NCBI RefSeq assembly: GCF_050320075.1
Contig: NZ_CP190018.1
DNA length: 64,000 nt
DNA from: Escherichia coli
GTDB taxonomy: Bacteria > Pseudomonadota > Gammaproteobacteria > Enterobacterales > Enterobacteriaceae
Strand: one strand, 5' to 3'
A program made the position numbers and the translations under genes. This document shows, piece after piece, positions 14,819 through 29,127 of the stretch (position 1 is its first letter; every line of letters starts with the position of its first letter). The notes beneath the pieces are model-generated. The model did not search any database. It saw nothing but the letters and a program-made list of their open reading frames with translations, and was not told the origin of the DNA.

Positions 14819-16889
14819 TCTGGCCGCGATGCTGCGCCTGCCTGCAAACCTGAAATCGACACAATGGCAGATCCTTGCCGGACCGATTTTGATCCTGTTG
14901 ATTTTGTCGATGATGGTGCTGCCACTGCCCGCATTCATACTCGACCTGTTGTTTACCTTCAATATTGCCTTGTCGATCATGGTGTTGCTGGTGGCGATGT
15001 TTACCCAGCGCACGCTTGAGTTTGCTGCGTTTCCGACCATTCTATTGTTTACTACGTTGTTGCGTCTGGCACTTAACGTAGCTTCAACCCGCATCATTTT
15101 GATGGAAGGGCATACCGGCGCGGCGGCGGCTGGGAAGGTGGTCGAAGCGTTCGGTCACTTCCTCGTTGGTGGCAATTTCGCTATCGGTATCGTGGTGTTC
15201 GTCATTCTCGTGATCATCAACTTTATGGTCATTACCAAAGGTGCCGGGCGTATCGCAGAAGTGGGGGCGCGCTTTGTTCTCGATGGTATGCCGGGTAAGC
15301 AGATGGCGATTGACGCCGACCTTAACGCCGGATTGATTGGTGAAGATGAGGCGAAAAAACGCCGCTCCGAAGTGACTCAGGAAGCCGATTTTTACGGCTC
15401 AATGGACGGGGCAAGTAAGTTTGTTCGCGGCGATGCCATCGCCGGGATCCTCATCATGGTCATTAACGTTGTCGGCGGGTTGCTGGTCGGCGTGCTGCAA
15501 CATGGCATGAGCATGGGACACGCCGCGGAAAGTTATACGCTATTGACCATTGGCGACGGTCTGGTGGCACAAATCCCGGCGCTGGTGATTTCTACCGCCG
15601 CGGGGGTCATCGTTACGCGTGTCAGCACCGATCAGGATGTTGGCGAGCAGATGGTGAATCAGCTTTTCAGTAACCCGAGCGTTATGTTGTTAAGCGCCGC
15701 CGTGCTCGGTTTACTCGGCCTGGTGCCCGGAATGCCGAACCTGGTATTTTTGCTGTTCACTGCCGGATTGCTTGGGCTGGCCTGGTGGATCCGCGGACGT
15801 GAACAAAAAGCGCCTGCCGAACCAAAACCGGTAAAAATGGCAGAGAATAATACCGTTGTCGAAGCGACGTGGAACGATGTACAACTGGAAGATTCCTTGG
15901 GAATGGAAGTGGGTTATCGACTGATCCCGATGGTTGATTTCCAACAAGATGGCGAGTTGCTGGGCCGTATTCGTAGTATTCGTAAGAAATTTGCTCAGGA
16001 GATGGGGTTTCTGCCGCCGGTGGTGCACATTCGCGACAATATGGATCTGCAACCTGCACGTTATCGCATTTTGATGAAAGGCGTAGAGATTGGCACTGGC
16101 GATGCCTATCCGGGGCGCTGGCTGGCAATTAACCCAGGTACCGCTGCCGGGACGTTACCTGGTGAGGCGACCGTCGATCCGGCATTTGGCCTGAATGCTA
16201 TCTGGATTGAAAGTGCGCTTAAAGAACAGGCGCAGATTCAGGGGTACACCGTGGTTGAGGCCAGCACGGTGGTGGCAACGCATCTTAACCACCTCATTAG
16301 CCAGCATGCCGCAGAGCTGTTTGGTCGTCAGGAGGCGCAACAGCTGTTGGATCGCGTCGCCCAGGAGATGCCAAAGCTGACGGAAGATCTCGTTCCTGGC
16401 GTCGTCACGCTCACCACACTGCATAAAGTGCTGCAAAATCTGCTCGATGAAAAAGTGCCGATTCGCGATATGCGCACTATTCTCGAAACGCTGGCGGAAC
16501 ATGCGCCCATCCAAAGCGATCCACATGAATTAACCGCCGTCGTGCGCGTGGCGTTGGGACGGGCGATTACCCAGCAGTGGTTTCCTGGCAAAGATGAAGT
16601 TCATGTTATTGGCCTCGATACACCGCTGGAACGTTTGTTGCTACAGGCGTTGCAGGGCGGGGGCGGACTGGAGCCAGGGCTGGCGGATCGTTTACTGGCG
16701 CAAACTCAGGAAGCTCTATCCCGTCAGGAGATGTTGGGTGCGCCGCCAGTTTTATTGGTGAACCACGCGCTGCGACCATTATTGTCTCGCTTCCTGCGCC
16801 GCAGCTTGCCGCAGTTAGTGGTGCTGTCGAATCTGGAACTATCTGATAACCGACATATCCGCATGACGGCGACAATTGGCGGTAAATGA
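14811..16889 (+). CDS. flhA: Flagellar export apparatus protein FlhA
   Basis: 692 aa from MSNLAAMLRLPANLK...; overlaps flhB stop; ORF-track start at 14736 is an upstream extension. Confidence 0.95.
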   Translation: MSNLAAMLRLPANLKSTQWQILAGPILILLILSMMVLPLPAFILDLLFTFNIALSIMVLLVAMFTQRTLEFAAFPTILLFTTLLRLALNVASTRIILMEGHTGAAAAGKVVEAFGHFLVGGNFAIGIVVFVILVIINFMVITKGAGRIAEVGARFVLDGMPGKQMAIDADLNAGLIGEDEAKKRRSEVTQEADFYGSMDGASKFVRGDAIAGILIMVINVVGGLLVGVLQHGMSMGHAAESYTLLTIGDGLVAQIPALVISTAAGVIVTRVSTDQDVGEQMVNQLFSNPSVMLLSAAVLGLLGLVPGMPNLVFLLFTAGLLGLAWWIRGREQKAPAEPKPVKMAENNTVVEATWNDVQLEDSLGMEVGYRLIPMVDFQQDGELLGRIRSIRKKFAQEMGFLPPVVHIRDNMDLQPARYRILMKGVEIGTGDAYPGRWLAINPGTAAGTLPGEATVDPAFGLNAIWIESALKEQAQIQGYTVVEASTVVATHLNHLISQHAAELFGRQEAQQLLDRVAQEMPKLTEDLVPGVVTLTTLHKVLQNLLDEKVPIRDMRTILETLAEHAPIQSDPHELTAVVRVALGRAITQQWFPGKDEVHVIGLDTPLERLLLQALQGGGGLEPGLADRLLAQTQEALSRQEMLGAPPVLLVNHALRPLLSRFLRRSLPQLVVLSNLELSDNRHIRMTATIGGK

Positions 16890-17281
16890 TGAGAACCTTA
16901 TTAGCAATATTATTGTTTCCGCTGCTGGTGCAAGCCGCCGGGGAGGGGATGTGGCAGGCGAGTAGTGTGGGCGTTACGCTGAATCACCGTGGTGAGTCGA
17001 TGTCGTCAGCGCCTCTTTCTACTCGACAACCTGCTGCAGGATTGATGACGCTGGTGGCGTGGCGTTATCAGCTTATCGGCCCGACACCTGCAGGACTGCG
17101 GGTTCGCTTGTGTTCACAATCTCGTTGTGTCGAATTAGAAGGGCAGAGTGGAACCACCGTGGCCTTTTCCGGTATACCGGCGATAGAACCGTTGCGATTT
17201 ATCTGGGAAGTGCCTGGCGGTGGGCGGTTAATTCCGCCGCTAAAGGTACAACGGAATGAAGTGATTGTGAATTATCGTTAA
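16886..17281 (+). CDS. flhE: Flagellar protein FlhE
   Basis: 130-aa signal-peptide protein MMRTLLAILLFPLLVQA...; overlaps flhA stop. Confidence 0.9.
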   Translation: MMRTLLAILLFPLLVQAAGEGMWQASSVGVTLNHRGESMSSAPLSTRQPAAGLMTLVAWRYQLIGPTPAGLRVRLCSQSRCVELEGQSGTTVAFSGIPAIEPLRFIWEVPGGGRLIPPLKVQRNEVIVNYR

Positions 17282-17285
17282 TGAT

Positions 17286-17320
17286 AAAAAAGCCGATGTC
17301 TGCCATGACATCGGCTTTTG
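17286..17320. terminator. Bidirectional rho-independent terminator shared by convergent flhE and argS
   Basis: A-tract, stem AGCCGATGTC/GACATCGGCT, T-tract. Confidence 0.8.
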
Positions 17321-17333
17321 CCGTATAACGCGA

Positions 17334-19067
17334 TTACATACGCTCTACTGTCTCAATACCCAGCGTATCCAGACCCAGTTTCAGCGTCTTCGCCGTCAGT
17401 TGTGCCAGTTTCAGACGGCTGTTACGCACTTCTTCGTTTTCTGCGCTGAGGATCGGGCAGTGCTCGTAGAAGCCAGAGAACAGACCAGCCAGATCGTACA
17501 GGTAAGCACACATCACATGCGGCGTGCCTTCACGGGCAACCACGGTGAGGGTTTCTTCAAACTGCAGCAGGCGAGCTGCCAGTTGCGCTTCACGATCTTC
17601 ACGGATGATAACCGGAGCTGCAGCCAGTTGCTCTTCGTCAATTTCTGCTTTACGGAACACGGACAATACACGCGTGTATGCATACTGCATGTATGGCGCG
17701 GTATTACCCTCAAACGCCAGCATGTTGTCCCAGTCGAAGATGTAGTCCGTGGTGCGGTTTTTGGAGAGATCCGCATATTTCACCGCACCAATACCAACTG
17801 CGTTAGCCAGTTTTTCCAGCTCGTCGGCTGGCATATCCGGGTTCTTTTCTGCCACCAGACGACGTGCACGCTCCAGGGCTTCATCCAGCAGATCCGCCAG
17901 TTTCACTGTACCACCCGCGCGGGTTTTGAACGGTTTGCCGTCTTTGCCCAGCATCATGCCGAACATGTGGTGTTCCAGCGGTACGGATTCCGGTACATAG
18001 CCTGCTTTACGGACGATAGCCCACGCCTGCATCAGGTGTTGATGCTGACGGGAGTCGATGTAATACAGCACGCGATCGGCATGCAGTGTTTCATAACGAT
18101 ATTTCGCACAGGCGATATCAGTGGTGGTGTAGAGATAGCCACCATCTTTCTTCTGAATGATCACGCCCATCGGTTCGCCTTCCTTGTTTTTGAACTCATC
18201 AAGGAATACGACGGTCGCGCCTTCACTTTCTACTGCCAGACCTTTGGCTTTCAGGTCCGCCACGATACCCGGCAGCATTGGGTTGTAGAGACTTTCACCC
18301 ATGACGTCATCGCGGGTCAACGTCACGTTCAGACGATCGTAGGTGATCTGGTTCTGCGTCATGGTGATGTCGACCAGTTTGCGCCACATCTCGCGGAAAT
18401 ATTCGTCACCGCTTTGCAGTTTGACTACGTAGTTACGTGCACGCTCGGCAAACTCTTCATCTTCGTCGTAATGCTTTTTCGCATCGCGGTAGAAACCTTC
18501 AAGGTCAGCCAGCTCCATTTCACCGGCGTTTTCTTGCTGCTGCTTTTCCAACCACGCAATCAGCATACCGAACTGAGTACCCCAGTCGCCGACGTGGTTC
18601 GCGCGAATCACTTTGTGACCGAGGAACTCCAGAGTACGCACTGCCGCGTCACCAATAATGGTAGAGCGCAGGTGACCGACGTGCATCTCTTTCGCCACGT
18701 TCGGAGCGGAGTAGTCAACCACAATGGTCTGTTTTTCTGGCGTAGCAACACCGAGACGATCGGACGCCAGCGCCTGCTGAACATGATCAGCCAGGAAGGC
18801 TGGATCAAGAAAAATGTTGATAAAGCCTGGACCGGCGATCTCAACTTTGCTGGCGATACCGTTAAGATCCAGATGAGTCAGCACCTGCTCTGCTAATTGT
18901 CGCGGTGCCATACCCAGTTTTTTAGCAACTGCCATCATGCCGTTAGCCTGATAGTCGCCGAACTGAACTTTTGCTGACTGACGAACCTGCGGTTCGCAAT
19001 CCGCAGGCGCGCCTGCCGCAATCATGGCCTGACGGACTTTTTCTGAGAGAAGAGCCTGAATATTCAC
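17334..19067 (-). CDS. argS: Arginine--tRNA ligase (GTG start)
   Basis: 577 aa [19 protein letters not shown]...; class I aaRS HVGH and KMSKS-like motifs. Confidence 0.97.
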   Translation of the reverse strand: MNIQALLSEKVRQAMIAAGAPADCEPQVRQSAKVQFGDYQANGMMAVAKKLGMAPRQLAEQVLTHLDLNGIASKVEIAGPGFINIFLDPAFLADHVQQALASDRLGVATPEKQTIVVDYSAPNVAKEMHVGHLRSTIIGDAAVRTLEFLGHKVIRANHVGDWGTQFGMLIAWLEKQQQENAGEMELADLEGFYRDAKKHYDEDEEFAERARNYVVKLQSGDEYFREMWRKLVDITMTQNQITYDRLNVTLTRDDVMGESLYNPMLPGIVADLKAKGLAVESEGATVVFLDEFKNKEGEPMGVIIQKKDGGYLYTTTDIACAKYRYETLHADRVLYYIDSRQHQHLMQAWAIVRKAGYVPESVPLEHHMFGMMLGKDGKPFKTRAGGTVKLADLLDEALERARRLVAEKNPDMPADELEKLANAVGIGAVKYADLSKNRTTDYIFDWDNMLAFEGNTAPYMQYAYTRVLSVFRKAEIDEEQLAAAPVIIREDREAQLAARLLQFEETLTVVAREGTPHVMCAYLYDLAGLFSGFYEHCPILSAENEEVRNSRLKLAQLTAKTLKLGLDTLGIETVERM

Positions 19068-19282
19068 CGGAATACCTTACATTGATGAAGCGAGCAAAAA
19101 TTGCCCGCACCAGTTAAAGAAATTAGGGCGGGAGTATACTGCAAATGGCTGTTTTCGTCAGCAACGTGCGCGTGGCGTATTGCCGTTTTCACTATTGCAT
19201 CAGAAGCGGCGTGAAATCAGCGGTTGGTTGGCGCAGGGCAACAGGGTAAATTAACGCTTTTACTGAAAGACGAAGAGTGATT

Positions 19283-19849
19283 ATGGCGAACTGGCAATCT
19301 ATCGACGAGCTGCAGGATATTGCATCGGATTTACCGCGATTTACCCACGCATTAGATGAACTTTCCCGCCGTTTGGGGTTGGATATCACTCCGCTGACTG
19401 CCGATCACATTTCTTTGCGTTGCCATCAAAACGCCACCGCTGAGCGCTGGCGTCGCGGGTTTGAACAGTGCGGCGAGCTTTTGTCAGAAAATATGATCAA
19501 TGGCAGGCCGATTTGTCTGTTTAAATTGCATGAACCGGTACAGGTTGCGCACTGGCAGTTTTCCATTGTGGAGCTACCGTGGCCCGGGGAAAAACGTTAC
19601 CCGCACGAAGGTTGGGAACATATTGAAATCGTTCTGCCGGGCGATCCAGAAACGCTGAATGCCCGTGCGCTGGCATTGCTTTCTGATGAAGGACTCAGCC
19701 TGCCGGGGATCTCAGTGAAAACCAGTTCGCCAAAAGGTGAGCATGAGCGATTACCGAATCCGACGCTGGCGGTCACCGATGGCAAAACAACTATTAAGTT
19801 TCATCCGTGGTCCATTGAAAAGATCGTTGCCAGCGAGCAGTCGGCGTAA
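19283..19849 (+). CDS. yecM: YecM (VOC/glyoxalase-like fold protein)
   Basis: 188 aa from MANWQSIDELQDIASDL...; divergent from argS as in E. coli. Confidence 0.85.
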   Translation: MANWQSIDELQDIASDLPRFTHALDELSRRLGLDITPLTADHISLRCHQNATAERWRRGFEQCGELLSENMINGRPICLFKLHEPVQVAHWQFSIVELPWPGEKRYPHEGWEHIEIVLPGDPETLNARALALLSDEGLSLPGISVKTSSPKGEHERLPNPTLAVTDGKTTIKFHPWSIEKIVASEQSA

Positions 19850-19853
19850 TTAA

Positions 19854-20609
<756 letters not shown>

Positions 20610-20655
20610 TTTTTACCGTTGCATCATGTCGCCCAATATGATGCTTGCTCGTACC

Positions 20656-20688
20656 AGGCCCCTGCAATTTCAACAGGGGCCTTTTTTT
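20656..20688 (+). terminator. Rho-independent terminator after cutC
   Basis: Stem AGGCCCCTG/CAGGGGCCT followed by T7. Confidence 0.8.
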
Positions 20689-20994
20689 ATCCCTGAATAG
20701 TATAAAAAATGAACGATTACCGCGATCTGTTGAGCGGGTGACAGTGCACATAGCGTTGTGCTAAAAATTTTTATATATTCATATTAATTATGTAATTTAA
20801 ATTACTAAAACTGACAAATATGTATTCTAAATAACAACTGGGTTATTCCTTAGCAATTAATGATTACATTGTAATAAATCATATTCTTTATCGATTATTT
20901 CAGGCAGTGTTGTGCCGAATTATGCAAGCGGTCAATTCGTTGTATATTTAATTATACAATGATTTCGGTGTTCTGGAATTAATTAGAGGAATCT

Positions 20995-22095
20995 ATGCGA
21001 GGGAAAAAACGCATTGGGTTAATGTTTTTGCTGATAGCGGTTGTGGTTGGTGGCGGCGGGTTATTGCTGGCGCAAAAAGCCTTACATAAAACGTCGGATA
21101 CAGCATTTTGCCTTTCCTGCCACTCGATGAGTAAACCTTTTGAGGAATATCAGGGAACTGTCCACTTTTCGAACCAGAAAGGGATACGTGCGGAATGTGC
21201 CGATTGCCATATTCCAAAGTCAGGGATGGATTATTTATTTGCTAAATTAAAAGCATCTAAAGATATTTATCATGAATTTGTTAGCGGCAAAATAGACAGT
21301 GACGATAAGTTCGAAGCGCATCGTCAGGAAATGGCCGAAACAGTATGGAAAGAATTAAAAGCCACTGACTCTGCAACGTGCCGTAGTTGCCATTCTTTTG
21401 ATGCCATGGATATTGCCTCGCAAAGTGAATCTGCGCAGAAAATGCATAACAAAGCACAAAAGGGCGGCGAAACCTGTATCGATTGTCATAAAGGCATTGC
21501 TCATTTTCCGCCAGAAATAAAAATGGATGACAACGCGGCGCATGAGCTGGAAAGTCAGGCCGCTACTTCAGTGACTAATGGCGTACATATTTATCCTTTC
21601 AAAACTTCTCGCATAGGCGAGCTGGCTACCGTGAATCCTGGTACCGATCTCATCGTCGTTGATGCCAGTGGCAAACAGCCGATCGTTCTGTTGCAGGGTT
21701 ATCAAATGCAGGGCAGTGAAAACACGCTCTACCTGGCGGCAGGTCAACGGCTGGCACTAGCCACATTAAGTGAAGAAGGTATCAAGGCGCTCACGGTAAA
21801 CGGGGAATGGCAGGCTGACGAATACGGCAATCAATGGCGTCAGGCGTCTTTACAGGGTGCGCTTACCGATCCCGCATTAGCGGACCGTAAACCGCTATGG
21901 CAATACGCTGAAAAACTTGACGATACCTATTGCGCTGGTTGCCATGCCCCTATTGCCTCCGACCATTACACCGTCAATGCATGGCCGTCCATTGCCAAAG
22001 GAATGGGGGCGCGAACCAGCATGAGCGAAAACGAACTGGACATTTTGACGCGGTACTTCCAGTACAACGCCAAAGATATTACCGAGAAACAGTGA
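20995..22095 (+). CDS. torY: Pentahaem c-type cytochrome TorY (TMAO/N-oxide reductase system III)
   Basis: 366 aa with five CxxCH haem-binding motifs (CLSCH, CADCH, CRSCH, CIDCH, CAGCH); NapC/NirT-like. Confidence 0.93.
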   Translation: MRGKKRIGLMFLLIAVVVGGGGLLLAQKALHKTSDTAFCLSCHSMSKPFEEYQGTVHFSNQKGIRAECADCHIPKSGMDYLFAKLKASKDIYHEFVSGKIDSDDKFEAHRQEMAETVWKELKATDSATCRSCHSFDAMDIASQSESAQKMHNKAQKGGETCIDCHKGIAHFPPEIKMDDNAAHELESQAATSVTNGVHIYPFKTSRIGELATVNPGTDLIVVDASGKQPIVLLQGYQMQGSENTLYLAAGQRLALATLSEEGIKALTVNGEWQADEYGNQWRQASLQGALTDPALADRKPLWQYAEKLDDTYCAGCHAPIASDHYTVNAWPSIAKGMGARTSMSENELDILTRYFQYNAKDITEKQ

Positions 22096-22119
22096 TCCTC
22101 GTTGATCAGGGAGGAAGTT

Positions 22120-24549
22120 ATGACATTAACAAGACGTGAATTTATTAAACACAGCGGTATTGCCGCTGGGGCGCTGGTGGTGACATCGGCTGCACCGCTA
22201 CCCGCATGGGCAGAAGAGAAGGGTGGCAAAATCCTCACCGCGGGCCGTTGGGGAGCGATGAACGTAGAAGTGAAGGACGGCAAGATTGTTTCTTCAACAG
22301 GCGCGCTGGCGAAAACTATACCGAACTCCTTACAGTCTACGGCGGTGGATCAGGTACACACCACGGCGCGTATTCAGCATCCGATGGTGAGAAAAAGCTA
22401 TCTCGATAATCCACTGCAACCGGCGAAAGGTCGTGGCGAAGATACCTATGTACAGGTGAGCTGGGAACAAGCATTAAAACTGATTCATGAGCAACACGAT
22501 CGTATTCGTAAAGCTAACGGACCATCGGCCATTTTTGCCGGATCTTACGGCTGGCGATCTTCTGGCGTGTTGCATAAAGCGCAAACCTTACTGCAACGTT
22601 ATATGAACCTTGCGGGCGGTTATTCCGGGCATAGCGGCGATTATTCAACCGGGGCAGCACAGGTGATCATGCCGCATGTGGTCGGTTCTGTAGAGGTGTA
22701 TGAACAGCAGACCTCCTGGCCGCTGATTCTGGAAAACAGCCAGGTTGTGGTGCTGTGGGGGATGAACCCGCTGAATACCTTGAAAATTGCCTGGAGCAGT
22801 ACCGATGAGCAAGGGCTGGAATACTTCCATCAGCTGAAAAAATCTGGCAAACCCGTGATTGCCATTGATCCTATTCGCTCCGAAACCATCGAATTCTTTG
22901 GCGATAATGCCACCTGGATCGCGCCGAATATGGGCACCGACGTGGCACTGATGTTAGGGATCGCGCATACCCTGATGACACAAGGCAAACACGATAAAGT
23001 GTTCCTTGAAAAATACACTACCGGATATCCGCAGTTTGAAGAGTATCTGGCAGGCAAAAGCGATAATACGCCGAAGAGCGCGGCCTGGGCGGCGGAAATT
23101 TCTGGCGTACCGGAAGCGCAGATAGTCAAACTCGCTGAACTGATGGCGGCAAATCGCACAATACTGATGGCAGGCTGGGGAATTCAGCGCCAGCAATATG
23201 GTGAACAGAAACACTGGATGCTGGTGACGCTGGCGGCGATGTTAGGGCAGATTGGTACACCGGGCGGCGGGTTTGGTTTCTCTTATCATTACTCCAATGG
23301 TGGCAACCCGACGCGTGTTGGCGGCGTGCTGCCGGAAATGTCTGCGGCGATTGCCGGACAGGCCAGCGAGGCCGCTGATGATGGCGGAATGACGGCGATT
23401 CCTGTTGCCCGTATCGTCGATGCGCTGGAAAATCCTGGCGGCAAATATCAGCATAACGGTAAAGAGCAAACGTACCCAAATATCAAAATGATCTGGTGGG
23501 CGGGTGGCGGTAACTTTACCCATCACCAGGATACTAATCGTCTGATTAAAGCATGGCAGAAACCGGAGATGATCGTCGTTTCTGAATGCTACTGGACCGC
23601 AGCTGCTAAACATGCAGATATCGTATTACCGATCACCACATCGTTTGAGCGCAATGACTTGACGATGACCGGTGATTACAGCAACCAGCATATTGTACCG
23701 ATGAAGCAGGCTGTCGCTGCGCAATTTGAAGCGCGTAACGATTTTGACGTGTTTGCCGATCTTGCTGAATTACTCAAACCTGGCGGAAAAGAGATCTATA
23801 CCGAAGGTAGAGATGAAATGGCGTGGCTGAAATTTTTCTATGATGCCGCTCAGAAAGGTGCGCGTGCGCAACGCGTGACTATGCCGATGTTTAATGCTTT
23901 CTGGCAGCAAAATAAACTGATCGAAATGCGCCGCAGCGAGAAGAACGAACAGTACGTTCGTTATGGTGATTTCCGCGCCGATCCGGTGAAAAATGCGCTG
24001 GGTACGCCAAGCGGCAAAATTGAGATTTACTCCAAAACGCTGGAAAAATTTGGCTATAAGGATTGCCCGGCACACCCAACCTGGCTTGCGCCTGATGAGT
24101 GGAAAGGTTCCGCCGACGAGAAGCAGTTGCAGCTTCTGACCGCACATCCGGCACACCGTTTACACAGTCAGCTTAACTATGCGGAACTGCGTAAAAAATA
24201 TGCGGTTGCCGATCGTGAACCGATCACTATTCACACCGAAGATGCTGCTCGCTTTGGTATTGCGAATGGCGATCTGGTGCGTGTCTGGAACAGACGTGGT
24301 CAGATTCTGACAGGCGCGGTGGTGACTGACGGGATCAAAAAAGGCGTGGTATGCGTGCATGAAGGTGCATGGCCAGATCTGGAAAATGGCTTGTGTAAAA
24401 ACGGCAGTGCGAACGTGTTAACGGCGGATATCCCCAGCTCTCAGCTGGCAAATGCCTGTGCCGGTAACTCTGCGCTGGTGTATATCGAAAAATATACGGG
24501 CAATGCACCGAAGTTAACGGCGTTTGATCAGCCAGCTGTTCAGGCATAA
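22120..24549 (+). CDS. torZ: Molybdoenzyme TMAO/N-oxide reductase TorZ (BisZ)
   Basis: 809 aa from [17 protein letters not shown]... with twin-arginine signal; DMSO-reductase family; ORF-track start at 22102 is an upstream extension. Confidence 0.93.
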   Translation: MTLTRREFIKHSGIAAGALVVTSAAPLPAWAEEKGGKILTAGRWGAMNVEVKDGKIVSSTGALAKTIPNSLQSTAVDQVHTTARIQHPMVRKSYLDNPLQPAKGRGEDTYVQVSWEQALKLIHEQHDRIRKANGPSAIFAGSYGWRSSGVLHKAQTLLQRYMNLAGGYSGHSGDYSTGAAQVIMPHVVGSVEVYEQQTSWPLILENSQVVVLWGMNPLNTLKIAWSSTDEQGLEYFHQLKKSGKPVIAIDPIRSETIEFFGDNATWIAPNMGTDVALMLGIAHTLMTQGKHDKVFLEKYTTGYPQFEEYLAGKSDNTPKSAAWAAEISGVPEAQIVKLAELMAANRTILMAGWGIQRQQYGEQKHWMLVTLAAMLGQIGTPGGGFGFSYHYSNGGNPTRVGGVLPEMSAAIAGQASEAADDGGMTAIPVARIVDALENPGGKYQHNGKEQTYPNIKMIWWAGGGNFTHHQDTNRLIKAWQKPEMIVVSECYWTAAAKHADIVLPITTSFERNDLTMTGDYSNQHIVPMKQAVAAQFEARNDFDVFADLAELLKPGGKEIYTEGRDEMAWLKFFYDAAQKGARAQRVTMPMFNAFWQQNKLIEMRRSEKNEQYVRYGDFRADPVKNALGTPSGKIEIYSKTLEKFGYKDCPAHPTWLAPDEWKGSADEKQLQLLTAHPAHRLHSQLNYAELRKKYAVADREPITIHTEDAARFGIANGDLVRVWNRRGQILTGAVVTDGIKKGVVCVHEGAWPDLENGLCKNGSANVLTADIPSSQLANACAGNSALVYIEKYTGNAPKLTAFDQPAVQA

Positions 24550-24554
24550 GACGT

Positions 24555-24583
24555 GAAAAGCGCCCGGAAACGGGCGCTAATCT

Positions 24584-24585
<2 letters not shown>
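24555..24585. terminator. Hairpin terminator between convergent torZ and cmoB
   Basis: Stem AGCGCCCG/CGGGCGCT with GAAA loop; T-run on the cmoB strand. Confidence 0.65.
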
Positions 24586-26731
<2,146 letters not shown>

Positions 26732-26783
26732 ACAAACTCCCTTTAAAATGGCCGATGGCACCTGTCTATGATAGGTGGCAAAT

Positions 26784-27130
26784 TCAGAAAAGAGAAGATT
26801 GCTGTGGAATAGCCGGAACTGCTCCGATCTCTGGAAGCGTTTTACGTAAGTCTTCCCACAGGGTATGTACCAGTTCCGGGGCCTGGGCAATATCTGGCGT
26901 ATGTAAAAAAAGATAAGGCGTAGTGGTCTGATGCCACTGCGCTAATTTTTGTAACCAGACCTGAAATAATTCCCGGTTTTGCGTCATATCATCACTACCG
27001 ATAAAACGGATCAGCGGATTTGTCGCCGTCAGTACAGCATGTACCGGAACTTTAGGTTTTTTTCGTTGAGCGTCGCGAATAGCTTCACTGTGTGGACGTG
27101 CTGCATGAACCGGGCGGCTGTCTAAAATCA
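26784..27130 (-). pseudogene. yecE: yecE 3' fragment (C-terminal ~114 codons), separated from its 5' half by a 12.2 kb insertion
   Basis: Translation ...ILDSRPVHAARPHSEAIRDAQRKK...QQSSLF continues in frame from the 5' fragment at 39369 once the insert is removed; the ORF-track start at 27134 is a TTG artefact. Confidence 0.85.
27124..27130. repeat. attL core (AAAATCA) of the yecE insertion
   Basis: Identical 7-mer at 39363-39369; left flank joined to right flank restores yecE codons ...NRVILDSR... Confidence 0.65.
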
Positions 27131-27189
27131 TCAAGGTCTAAATGCACTACATGGGCACCTAAACATATACATGTGATGTTGAGGTGTTA

Positions 27190-27210
27190 GAAAGGGGGCT
27201 GTTCAGCCCC
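27190..27210 (-). terminator. Rho-independent terminator for the 306-aa leftward gene
   Basis: On minus strand GGGGCTGAACAGCCCC hairpin followed by CTTTCT, immediately after the stop at 27219. Confidence 0.7.
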
Positions 27211-27218
27211 TGATAGAC

Positions 27219-28139
27219 TTAGTAATTATCCCTGACAACTTCATCATATCTTTCAATGAAGGTTAGTTGTTTATTACTTCCATTATAACTATCAACCCAT
27301 TTGTCTACAGCTTCATCGAATAGAAATAAAAAATCCGTATAATTTATATACACTACATTATCATAATATTGGGTTGGGTGACCTCTTTTACATACAGCAA
27401 TACTAAGACGTCTTTCTTTACCCTGAGTAACTTTGTGTGAATTAAGATTAGTCATGTGAAGCAATGAGTTCCTTAATTCATATAATTCGTCGGAAGTTAC
27501 TCCAAGTTTTTGTATATCTGAGTATGTATCTAACCAATTTTGAAAGACTCTTCTTTTGTTTCCAAACTCAATATAAGCTATAGTATCAATAAATGACATT
27601 AATAGCTTGAAGCTTGACAAGTAATGTTTTTTGTTAAACAGAAGCTTTATTGGTTCCATATGGTCATCATTAAGAAGTTCCTTAATGTGAAAACCATCAT
27701 CTTTCATATACTTATCAAGATAGTCTGGCAAGTCTTTTACACCTTCAATGTGATAGTTAGGTGTGTGCTTATTCCTTAATTGCTCTGACATTGATAACTG
27801 AATATCATATTGTAATTTGCCTTTAACAACGGGGGTGACTATAGCTAAAGGGTTTTCAGGTGCATTTTGAGCTTCTAATGCTAATTCAAACGGAGCAAAA
27901 GGATTACCAATCCGCAAATTTGCATTATATCTTTCAAGTGTCAATTTGTCATTTTCTAAAACAGAAGGGTGTATCCCATAAAATAAACGACAAGAAGCTA
28001 AGTCAATCTCCAAATTCCGCTTTAAAAAATCTAATTTTTGCGCATCATCGCCATCATGTTCGTGAGGTACTATTCCGGCATGTGTGATATGAACTCCATC
28101 AGGACTAAAGCAAAATATGTTGTAGATAATCTCTTTCAT
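27219..28139 (-). CDS. Hypothetical 306-aa protein, AT-rich, counter-oriented accessory gene in the element; has one R-x4-H (RNSLLH) motif
   Basis: Uninterrupted ORF with ATG start, own terminator, transcribed opposite to the rest of the element; no family recognised by eye. Confidence 0.6.
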   Translation of the reverse strand: MKEIIYNIFCFSPDGVHITHAGIVPHEHDGDDAQKLDFLKRNLEIDLASCRLFYGIHPSVLENDKLTLERYNANLRIGNPFAPFELALEAQNAPENPLAIVTPVVKGKLQYDIQLSMSEQLRNKHTPNYHIEGVKDLPDYLDKYMKDDGFHIKELLNDDHMEPIKLLFNKKHYLSSFKLLMSFIDTIAYIEFGNKRRVFQNWLDTYSDIQKLGVTSDELYELRNSLLHMTNLNSHKVTQGKERRLSIAVCKRGHPTQYYDNVVYINYTDFLFLFDEAVDKWVDSYNGSNKQLTFIERYDEVVRDNY

Positions 28140-28400
28140 ACCATTCTAACCTTCAGTGAAAATAAAGTTTTAACTATCATTAGATTATGAACAATCACAA
28201 TTGGCCTGTAAATAACAGGGCATAAACAGGTTCGTTTAGCTTGATTTTATCACTATAACTGTCTGATTTAACGGTAACTCACCAAGTATACACACAGTAA
28301 TTACACAATCCTGTTATTATGTAACTTATTGAAATATATAAATAATTTTTACATTCTTTGTTTGGGGTAAGCTGTGTAATGTTAGTCGTCCCTCTCCAGA

Positions 28401-28414
28401 CACTATATATAGTG
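28401..28414. promoter_or_regulatory. Perfect 14-bp palindrome CACTATATATAGTG in the 1.1 kb ORF-free spacer
   Basis: Read directly; embedded in a run of TATATA-containing repeats. Confidence 0.4.
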
Positions 28415-29102
28415 CTATATACAGGACTATATAACGATATATAGATGTTTGGTCACATGGTATAACTATCAAACCACTTAACGATTTCCTACGTGAAAGT
28501 TAGAAAGTGATAGTTATAGTTACCTTGTCAAATCTTCGTAGTCCCTTCTTAAAAAATCGTGAAAGGTAATCTTGTTATCTATACAGAATCTACGTAGATG
28601 CTTCTTAGTGCGCAAAACAGCTATTATGTTAAAAACGCACTGTATACGTATCAGTACTGATTTATAAGGGTTTTGTGTATTGGCTGATAAGAGGCTATAC
28701 AGCACCTTGAGAGCATGTCTTCTAAGTCATTGACATATAAGGTCACAGAAGTTTGTAGCTGTTACAGAGAAAACTGGATAGGACTTCACAGAACTATAAA
28801 ATGTTACAGCTATTGATAGGTGAAATCTTCTTGATAGATGCTTTGAAGTGTGGTGAAGGCTTTTTGAGGTGGGGCTAAACAGATATCATGAAGAAAGTCA
28901 ATAGTTGATTCGGTTTATCGAATAAACCTCATAGATATTTTAAAATTCTGCAAAGGGGGTCACATAGCTGGTGTGACGGGTACTTAGCAGCTACAGACAT
29001 CTATCAGATATTTTTGAAGATTTTTAGAAGGGGAATTTGAAGAGGGGCTACTACGATTTTATAAAAATTTTCAGATTCTGAAAAGTTACTGTACAGAATA
29101 TG

Positions 29103-29127
29103 TACAGATATCTTTAAAGTATCTGTA
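29103..29127. promoter_or_regulatory. Inverted repeat TACAGATA-N9-TATCTGTA (candidate operator) upstream of the MTase gene
   Basis: Read directly; adjacent direct repeats GTACAGA(A/T)AT and GATATCC x2. Confidence 0.4.

Noticed and set aside
17400-18896. 498-aa ORF on the plus strand
   Set aside because: Lies entirely antisense to argS, whose translation is a clear class I tRNA ligase; the composition is odd (His/Phe/Val-rich), typical of a shadow ORF.
27134-27134. The ORF-track 116-aa start for the yecE 3' fragment
   Set aside because: The codon is TTG and lies inside the insert junction; the fragment is not an independent gene.
28520-28705. 61-aa minus-strand ORF inside the 1.1 kb spacer of the element
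   Set aside because: No convincing RBS and no recognisable fold; cannot be supported as a gene from sequence alone, though a small regulator is not excluded.
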